A stretch of 37,723 nucleotides of DNA. Source: an uncultured Lachnospiraceae bacterium. GTDB lineage: Bacteria > Bacillota > Clostridia > Lachnospirales > Lachnospiraceae. Below are positions 27,604-34,748 of this stretch, in pieces. The stretch spans positions 1-37,723 of the forward strand of contig CAPNGW010000002.1 of assembly GCA_948665105.1 (NCBI GenBank). The letters are read 5' to 3'. The translations under genes and the position numbers were made by a program. The number at the start of each line of letters is the position of its first letter. The first letter of the stretch is position 1. The notes under the pieces are model-generated. The model saw nothing but the letters and a program-made list of their open reading frames with translations. It searched no databases and was not told the DNA's origin.

Positions 27604-29418
27604 ATGGGGCTTTTGATATTATTGGTATTTTTGCTGGCAGTGCCTGGGGTAATTGGAATGGCGGGTGAGAAAATACTAATTAACAGACGAAGAATTAGCA
27701 TGGCCGAGAGTTATCTATGGGGAAACATTATTCTCTGGGCGCTTTTTCAGATACTGTGTGTGCCCATGGCTATGCTTGGAATGAGCTTTAGCATTTTTTC
27801 CGTGATATTTCTGATAATTATCATTGCTTTGACCATGCTTGCTTTGATTAAATACGGCCAGTATATGATTCTGAAAGTGGTTATGCTGAAAGAAGAAATA
27901 AGGAGATTTGGCTGGAAGGAAATCCTGCTGATTACTATAATCGCAGCGCAGATTCTTATATTGGTGTTTGGGGTAACTTATGAATCAAGTGCAGATGATG
28001 CTTCTTATATAGCACTGTCTCTGGACACACTTTCTACAGACCGCATAGCACAGCTGGATCCATATACAGGGCTTGAGGGAGCCATATCGTTAAAACGTAT
28101 ATTGACCTCCTGGAATTTTTATCTCTCATTTTTAGGAAAAATTTCAGGTATTCATGTGGCTGCCATAGCACATACAATTCTGCCAATACTACTTGTACCT
28201 ATGGCGTATATGGCATATCTTTTAATAGGTAGGGCGATTTTCGGAAAGAACAGGAAAAGGACGGTTCAGTTTTTGCTATGGCTGAGCCTGCTGTTTACCT
28301 TCGGCGCTTATTCTATCTATACGGTAACATATCGCCTGACGATTGTGGTCTGGCAGGGAAAAGCTGTGATGGTAACCATTATATTGCCGTTTTTATTTTG
28401 TTTTTTAATCAAAATGAAAGAGATAAAATTAAAGAAAACGGTATGCCTGTTCCTGATTATGGCGTCGGCCTGTGCCATGAGCCTGATGGGCGTTGGACTT
28501 TCTGTTTTTATGGTTATTGTTTCAGCAGTTGCCAAGCTAAAAAGGCATAAAGTAAAGACAGTGGTACCTTTACTGCTGACAGGCATATTGATTTCCATGG
28601 TGGCATTTTACTATATGTGGATGAGAGGGGAAGGGATTTTGTTTTCCCCTAAGTATATTCAGAAGCTGTTCCCCCAGGCTGTGACTATGATAAGAGAGGC
28701 GTTTTCTCTTTACTGGAATGGGACTAAAATACAATGGCTGTATCTTGGTGGATTTTTGATTATATGTTGGCGGGGAAGAAAAAAAAGGAATGTACGATTT
28801 CTCATAAAGTATGCACTGGTTAGTTACATAATTATTTGGAATCCGGTATTTTATTACTTTGCCTTTGTATTTTTAAAAAATGCAAGCACAGGGGTACGGC
28901 TGATTTATACAATGTTTCCAGAGGTGTATATGGCTCTGGCTATGACATTTTTGACTTGCGCATTTCGGGACAGGAAGGGGAGTATGATTGCAGGAGGGGT
29001 TGGTGGCTTGTATATTTTGCTGACAGGGACCATATATCCTAAGGTGGGACATCCTGTGCTTGCAGAGAATACTTATAAGCTGCCCAATGAAGCTGTTCAA
29101 GTGTGCCAGATTCTAAATGAAGATTCAGAAGAACCACCCCTTGTGATGGCAGATGGCGGATTGGTTCTGTATCTGCGCCAATATAGCAGCCGCGTGAAAA
29201 TGGTATATGGCAGATATGGTTATATATATCAGGGAGAACAAATTTTTCAATTAATAAATGAACAGCGGATAACCAAAGAAGAAATATGGACATTTCTGGA
29301 AGAAAATAACTGTGATTATGTGGTATGGAGAAAAAATGATGCAGATATAGAGGCGTTCATACAACTGGGGGGAGAGCTGATTGAAGAAACACAGAATTAT
29401 GCTATCATAAAAAGATAA
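27604..29418 (+). CDS. Uncharacterised polytopic membrane protein (more than 10 TM) with a C-terminal soluble domain; possibly GT-C-like
   Basis: 604-aa ORF with many hydrophobic helices and an acidic loop motif, YESSADDASY, after the early TMs. The soluble tail of about 130 aa starts near residue 470. No family is confidently recognised. Confidence 0.65.
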   Translation: MGLLILLVFLLAVPGVIGMAGEKILINRRRISMAESYLWGNIILWALFQILCVPMAMLGMSFSIFSVIFLIIIIALTMLALIKYGQYMILKVVMLKEEIRRFGWKEILLITIIAAQILILVFGVTYESSADDASYIALSLDTLSTDRIAQLDPYTGLEGAISLKRILTSWNFYLSFLGKISGIHVAAIAHTILPILLVPMAYMAYLLIGRAIFGKNRKRTVQFLLWLSLLFTFGAYSIYTVTYRLTIVVWQGKAVMVTIILPFLFCFLIKMKEIKLKKTVCLFLIMASACAMSLMGVGLSVFMVIVSAVAKLKRHKVKTVVPLLLTGILISMVAFYYMWMRGEGILFSPKYIQKLFPQAVTMIREAFSLYWNGTKIQWLYLGGFLIICWRGRKKRNVRFLIKYALVSYIIIWNPVFYYFAFVFLKNASTGVRLIYTMFPEVYMALAMTFLTCAFRDRKGSMIAGGVGGLYILLTGTIYPKVGHPVLAENTYKLPNEAVQVCQILNEDSEEPPLVMADGGLVLYLRQYSSRVKMVYGRYGYIYQGEQIFQLINEQRITKEEIWTFLEENNCDYVVWRKNDADIEAFIQLGGELIEETQNYAIIKR

Positions 29419-29443
29419 TTTTATGCAGCGGAGGATACCAAAG

Positions 29444-31020
29444 ATGTCTTACACATCATTACTTTTCTTTATATTTGTTATTGCACTGATTTTTGTCTAC
29501 TATATAGTGCCAAAGAGCTGGCAGTGGAAGGTACTGCTCATTGCAAATATCATATTCTATGCCTCCAATGGCGTAATACCACTTGTTTTCATAACAGCAA
29601 CCACTCTTTTGACATGGTTTGCAGCACTTTTATTGGAAAAGAAGGACCTCTGCCAGAGCAGGGAGCTGGAAGGGGAACCCCTTTCAAGGGAAGAGAAAAA
29701 CCAAATCAAGGTAGCGTATAAGAGACAGAAAAAAGGAATTCTCATACCTGTGCTCTTAATGGTATTTGGACTTCTTGCATATGCCAAATATACAAATTTT
29801 GGTATTGGTATTATTAATGGTATTGCAGGAGTGGACATGATACAAGTACAAAGTATCATCGTCCCCCTGGGAATCTCTTTTTACACTTTTATGTCCGTAG
29901 GATATATCCTGGATATCTACTGGAAAAAATATCCTGCGGAGCATAATTTCTTTAAGTATGCAACATTTACAACGTTTTTCCCCCATGTGGTACAAGGCCC
30001 CATTGGGCGCTATAATAAGCTGGCTCCGGAATTTTTCAAAGGAAGGCATTATGATTTTCGTCAAATGGTGTCTGGCTTTGAGTTATTTTTATGGGGACTT
30101 TTCCAAAAGCTAGTAATTGCTGACCGTCTCGGTATTTTTGTTGATAACGTTTTTGCAGACTACCAAAATACCGGGGGGGGGTATTTCTATTAACGCTGGC
30201 GTTTTATTCCATTCAAACGTATGCTGATTTCTCCGGCTGTATGGATATCTGCCGGGGGATTTCTGAGATTCTTGGAATCCATCTTGAGAAGAACTTCAAT
30301 CATCCGTATTTTGCAAAAACCATACCGGAGTTCTGGCAGAGATGGCATATCTCTATGGGAGCATGGTTTAAGGATTACCTGTTTCTACCCATTTCCAATT
30401 CATCCTTTGTAAAAAAATCAAGTAAAAAATTAGGAGTGAAATATGGCTCCGGTGTCAGAAAAAAATTTGCGGCGAGCTTTCCTGTTGCCATTGTCTGGCT
30501 GGCCACCGGTGTCTGGCATGGCGCCGGATGGACCTTTATTTTCTGGGGATTGTTCCATGGGTGCCTGACAATCGGAGGTACGGTTTTTTCTGAAAGAATC
30601 TCCAGGCTCACATCCGTATTACATATTCCAACAAAAGCATTTTGGTGGAAATTATTTCAGATGTCCAGAACCTTTTTCCTGTGCTGTATAGGAAGAATTT
30701 TCTTTCGGGCTCCGGATTTGCAGGTGGCGGGGCATATTATAAAGAAAATAACCACAGATTTGCAATATCAATCACTGTTTAGTGGACACATATTTCAATT
30801 CGGTTTGGGCAGAGAGAATATGATGATAGCCTTGGCCTCCATTGGTATTTTATGGAGCGTCAGCATGCTGCAGGAAAGATGCTCTATTCGGGAAAAGGTG
30901 GCGAAGCAGAATATTGTAATGCGGTACGCATTGCTTTACATCGCGATTTTTTCTATTTTGATTTTAGGTATCTATGGGCCAGGTTATGATACATCAACTT
31001 TTATTTACAATGCATTTTAA
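29444..31020 (+). pseudogene. MBOAT #3 (DltB/AlgI-like), frameshifted at a G9 tract (phase-OFF allele or homopolymer error)
   Basis: ORFs 29423-30193 and 30241-31020 are two halves of one MBOAT. The likely start is ATG 29444 (MSYTSLLFF) after a GGAGGA RBS. The downstream frame is open from 30181 (VFLLTLAFYSIQTYADFSGCMDICRG). Later motifs are FWQRWHISMGAWFKDYLFLP and GVWHGAGW. One extra G joins the two frames. Confidence 0.85.
30173..30181 (+). repeat. Poly-G tract (G9) at the MBOAT #3 frameshift site
   Basis: Directly counted. As sequenced it reads acc ggg ggg ggg tat ttc tat taa, which terminates. Confidence 0.95.
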
Positions 31021-31035
31021 AGGAGGAACAAGAGA

Positions 31036-31254
31036 ATGGAACAGATTGTACAAATTATCAGAGAGATTTGCCCCACCATTGGTGAGCTGGAGGGAGTGAA
31101 GCTTGTCACAGACAAAATCATTGATTCCGTGGAGCTGGTGCAAATCATTTCTGACCTGGAAGAGGCGTTTCAGGTGGAAATTGATATGGAGGATATTGTG
31201 CCGGAAAATTTTGATACGGTAGAAGCGATTTGGAAGCTGATACAGCAGCTTTAG
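31036..31254 (+). CDS. Acyl carrier protein, module 2
   Basis: 72 aa and acidic, with the Ser attachment context KIIDSVELVQIISDLEEAF and a strong AGGAGG RBS upstream. Confidence 0.8.
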   Translation: MEQIVQIIREICPTIGELEGVKLVTDKIIDSVELVQIISDLEEAFQVEIDMEDIVPENFDTVEAIWKLIQQL

Positions 31255-31263
31255 GAGAGAGAA

Positions 31264-32718
31264 ATGTATACATCTGTGTTGGAAGCAATTTATAAGCATA
31301 GCAGGAGCAGGGCAAAGAGGCTGGCGGTTGCAGATGAGAAGCTATCTCTGAACTACGAAGAATTATGGAGGCTGATTGTCCTTAAGGCTTCAGTGCTGGG
31401 CGAGGGATTTGCCATCAGTGATTATGTGTTGGTGGAATGTTCTCAGGATGTGGCGTTTATTGTGAAATGTCTGGCTTGCCAGTACGCGGGCCTGATTAGT
31501 GTGCCTGTGGAAATGCAGGCGCCTTTGGAACGAATCTGGGAGCTTCAAAGGAAGCTGGGCACAACATCATTGATAGGCAGGGGGGATTATGAGATTGATA
31601 AGGAAGAGCTGTACTCTGCCTTTCAAGGTGATGCTGGCAATCAGCCTGCACCGGAGGGATTTCCCCGGAAGGATGTGGTGGCTGAGATTCTCTACACCAC
31701 CGGAACTACCGGAGAATCCAAAGGAATCGCAATTACACATGGCAATAATATTGCCATCACGGAAAATATTATCTGCGGAACCCAAATGGAGGAGGACAGT
31801 GTAGAATTGGTCCCCTTGCCCTTGAGCCATTCTCACGGGCTGAGAACGGTATACGCCAACCTTGTACATGGCAGTTCGGTGGTGGTTTGTGATGGTGTGC
31901 TTCAAATAAAAAGAATCTTTCAGTTAATAGGCCAATACCAGGTTACAGCCTTGGACTTATCTCCCAGCGCGGCCCAGGTGTTGATGAAGCTTTCCAAAGG
32001 AAAATTGAAGGATTACAGAGAGCAAATCAGATTCGTACAGCTGGGGACGGCAATGCTTTCAGAAAATGTGAAGGATTTATTACGCAGCACCTTTCCGGAG
32101 AGCAGGCTATATAACTTTTATGGTTCTACGGAAGCGGGAAGAACCTGCTCCTTGGACTTTAACCATGAAAGGGTTGGGGAAGGCTGTATTGGACATCCCA
32201 GCGTGAACGCGCGTTTTATCCTGGTGGATGAAGAGGGGGAAGAGATTACCCAAAGGGGAAGAGAGTATACCGGACGTTTGGCTGTTGCAGGCTCTATGAA
32301 TATGAAGGAGTATATAGGTGAGCCGGAGCTTACCGGGGAGGTTATGCATGGCGGATATATATATACCTCTGATATATCTTATATAGACGCAGAGGGTTTG
32401 GTATACGTACTGGGACGTGCAGATGATATTATTAATTACAAGGGCATAAAAATTTCTCCTGCAGAAGTGGAGGCAATTATTATAAAGTGTTCCGAAATAA
32501 AAGAATGCGCCCTTGTGGCGAAAGAGGACACAATGTGTGGCCAGATACCGGTACTGTTTGTTGTACCCGAAGAAGAATATGAGGAACAAAGGCTGGTGAG
32601 CCATATAAAAGAGCTTGTGGAAGATAATAAGAGGCCCAAATTAATAAAGAAGGTGGAGGAGCTTCCCAAAACATCAAATGGGAAGATATTAAGAAGAAGA
32701 CTGAGGGAGTGGTTGTGA
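31264..32718 (+). CDS. AMP-dependent acyl ligase (acyl-CoA synthetase/FAAL-like), module 2
   Basis: ANL superfamily cores LYTTGTTGESKGI, FYGSTEAGR, YIYTSDISYIDAEGLVYVLGRADDIINYKGIKISPAEVE and SNGKILRR. It has PLPLSHSHGL where amino-acid adenylation domains carry the FDxS Asp. Confidence 0.85.
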   Translation: MYTSVLEAIYKHSRSRAKRLAVADEKLSLNYEELWRLIVLKASVLGEGFAISDYVLVECSQDVAFIVKCLACQYAGLISVPVEMQAPLERIWELQRKLGTTSLIGRGDYEIDKEELYSAFQGDAGNQPAPEGFPRKDVVAEILYTTGTTGESKGIAITHGNNIAITENIICGTQMEEDSVELVPLPLSHSHGLRTVYANLVHGSSVVVCDGVLQIKRIFQLIGQYQVTALDLSPSAAQVLMKLSKGKLKDYREQIRFVQLGTAMLSENVKDLLRSTFPESRLYNFYGSTEAGRTCSLDFNHERVGEGCIGHPSVNARFILVDEEGEEITQRGREYTGRLAVAGSMNMKEYIGEPELTGEVMHGGYIYTSDISYIDAEGLVYVLGRADDIINYKGIKISPAEVEAIIIKCSEIKECALVAKEDTMCGQIPVLFVVPEEEYEEQRLVSHIKELVEDNKRPKLIKKVEELPKTSNGKILRRRLREWL

Positions 32719-32793
32719 GAGGTAAGAATGGGGAATATAGGGGATTTAATGGAAGCCACTGTTCCATAGAACAATAAAAGATAAAAAGAGAAT

Positions 32794-32822
32794 TTGACTT
32801 TCCATCGCGTATTATGTATAAT
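32794..32822 (+). promoter_or_regulatory. Near-consensus sigma-A promoter-like element
   Basis: TTGACT (32794-32799), a 17-nt spacer, then TATAAT (32817-32822). It lies upstream of the terminator palindrome and about 135 nt before the ABC operon start. Confidence 0.4.
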
Positions 32823-32834
32823 AAGTTCAATCAA

Positions 32835-32876
32835 GCAAAAATAAAGCGCCATTTTGAACACGCGCTTTATTTTTGC
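32835..32876 (+). terminator. Rho-independent (bidirectional-type) terminator ending the polysaccharide operon
   Basis: Perfect 15-bp inverted repeat, GCAAAAATAAAGCGC (32835-32849) with GCGCTTTATTTTTGC (32862-32876), around a 12-nt loop. The GC core is flanked by A-rich 5' and T-rich 3' arms. Confidence 0.65.
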
Positions 32877-32957
32877 AAATTTTGCATAAAGTTACAGAGT
32901 ATTCTGTTCAGTACTGTCACTGTCAAATAGCTGTTTTGAACAAGAAAGGAAAACAAA

Positions 32958-33956
32958 ATGAGAAAAATGAAAAAGTTACGTGTATTCCCCGTAGTATTAA
33001 CGGCAGCCCTGTTCACAGGCCTGCTGGCCCTCTCTGGCTGCGGCTCCAAAAAGGAACAGGTATTAATCTACACCAGTGCCGAGTCCTATCGGGTAGACGA
33101 TTTGAAAGCCCGGCTCGAGAAAGAATTCCCCGATTATGACTGTGTTGTGGAATACAAGGATACCGGAAGCCATGCGGCTCAGCTCATCGCAGAGGGCAAG
33201 GAGACAGACTGCGACATCACCTATGACCTGGAGTATTCCTACCTGGAGGAGCTGGCGACTGCAGGTGTCTTGGCAGATGTGTCTGACTATGACACCTCTG
33301 TCTATACCGAGGACGCCATCACCAGCAGCTTCTATCTCCCGGAGCTTAAGAACGGCGGAGCCATCGTTATCAATCCCGATGTATTGGCCGAAAAGAATCT
33401 GCCGGTACCCCAAAGCTATGAGGACTTACTGAAGCCGGAATACGCGGGTCAGATTTCCATGCCCAGCCCCAAATCCTCCGGTACCGGATATATGTTTTTG
33501 AAATCCCTGGTCAACTCCATGGGAGAGGACGCAGCTTTTGCCTATTTTGACAGCCTTACAGAGAATATCCTGTCCTATACCTCCTCTGGCTCCGGTCCCA
33601 TCAATGCCCTGAAGAATAAAGAGGTGGGAATTGGCTTAGGGATGACGGCGCAGGCAGTCACTGCCATCAATGAAGGAGCCAATCTGGAGATTCTCTATTT
33701 TGCGGAAGGCTCTCCCTACTCCATGTACGGGCAGGCGATAATCAGCGGGAAGGAAGAGCGCGCTTGTGTGAAGGAAGTATTTGACTTTATGATCAATACA
33801 TACGGCAAGGAAACCAACGAGAAATTTTATCCCGAGAAGATTTTTAAGGATATAACCCCTGAAATTGAGAATTACCCCACCGACATCAGCTATGCAGATA
33901 TGAGCAACAATACCTCGGAAGAAAAAGCCAGGCTGTTGGAGAAGTGGAATCACTAG
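32958..33956 (+). CDS. ABC transporter substrate-binding lipoprotein (Fbp/ThiB/PhnS/PotD-like family)
   Basis: Signal peptide with lipobox LALSGC (Cys28). Its size of 332 aa and the SSGTGY segment are typical of cluster-D type solute-binding proteins. First gene of the ABC operon. Confidence 0.8.
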   Translation: MRKMKKLRVFPVVLTAALFTGLLALSGCGSKKEQVLIYTSAESYRVDDLKARLEKEFPDYDCVVEYKDTGSHAAQLIAEGKETDCDITYDLEYSYLEELATAGVLADVSDYDTSVYTEDAITSSFYLPELKNGGAIVINPDVLAEKNLPVPQSYEDLLKPEYAGQISMPSPKSSGTGYMFLKSLVNSMGEDAAFAYFDSLTENILSYTSSGSGPINALKNKEVGIGLGMTAQAVTAINEGANLEILYFAEGSPYSMYGQAIISGKEERACVKEVFDFMINTYGKETNEKFYPEKIFKDITPEIENYPTDISYADMSNNTSEEKARLLEKWNH

Positions 33957-33973
33957 GAAGGGAAGTGTGAACA

Positions 33974-34738
33974 ATGGTGAAAACCAGTCATAAACTGGAA
34001 GCAGTATCCCTGGTACAGAGCTTTGACGGAAAGTGTGCGCTGGATAAGGTGAGCTTCCAGGTACAGGAGGGAGAATTTCTCTCCATCTTAGGCCCCTCGG
34101 GCTGTGGTAAGACGACCCTGCTTCGGATTTTAATCGGACTTCTCAAGCCCACGGAAGGATTGCTTTACAAGGACGGCGTTGACATTACCCATACCCCGGC
34201 TGCAGAGCGCGGCATGGGCATTGTGTTCCAGAATTATGCTCTTTTTGAAAATATGACCGTTCTGGGGAATGTGGAATACGCCCTGAAAATCAAAAAAGCC
34301 ACCAGGCAGGAGGCCAGAAGCAAGGCGGAGGCCATGATTGCGCACATGGGTCTTAAGGAGCATATGGCAAAAAAGCCCCACGAGCTTTCCGGCGGACAGC
34401 AGCAGCGTGTGGCTATAGCCAGAACACTGGTCTTAAATCCCGACGTAATTCTCTTTGATGAGCCCATGTCGGCCCTGGATGCAGATACACGTCTCATGCT
34501 TAGGAAGGAGCTGAAAAAGCTCCAGAAGGAGTTCGGCACCACCATGATTTATATCACCCATGACCAGGAGGAGGCATTTGCGCTTTCTGACCGGATTATG
34601 GTCATGGAGGAGGCGAAGGTGGTGCAGCTTGCCACCCCGGAGGAGATTATTGATTCACCGGCCAATGATTATGTGCGGACCTTCGTGCTTCAAAATCTCC
34701 AGGCAAAAATTGATTCTCTTGTGAAATATGTAAGGTGA
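33974..34738 (+). CDS. ABC transporter ATP-binding protein
   Basis: Walker A GPSGCGKTT, Q-loop FQNYALF, signature LSGGQQQR, Walker B ILFDEP and H-loop ITHDQ. At 254 aa it has no C-terminal TOBE-like extension. Confidence 0.9.
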   Translation: MVKTSHKLEAVSLVQSFDGKCALDKVSFQVQEGEFLSILGPSGCGKTTLLRILIGLLKPTEGLLYKDGVDITHTPAAERGMGIVFQNYALFENMTVLGNVEYALKIKKATRQEARSKAEAMIAHMGLKEHMAKKPHELSGGQQQRVAIARTLVLNPDVILFDEPMSALDADTRLMLRKELKKLQKEFGTTMIYITHDQEEAFALSDRIMVMEEAKVVQLATPEEIIDSPANDYVRTFVLQNLQAKIDSLVKYVR

Positions 34739-34748
34739 GGGCTTGGAC

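Noticed and set aside
28779-28786. A8 run in the membrane-protein gene, along with other A/T runs of 7-8 nt (for example near 7063 and 11443), considered as slippage switches.
   Set aside because: A/T runs of this length are common in AT-rich coding sequence (Lys/Phe codons) and are not enriched in any informative pattern, unlike the G tracts.
32877-32957. Possible riboswitch (for example TPP) in the leader of the ABC operon.
   Set aside because: The leader is only about 80 nt after the terminator. I found no thi-box-like CUGAGA/ACCUGA elements or other recognisable aptamer core, so it is too short and featureless to call.
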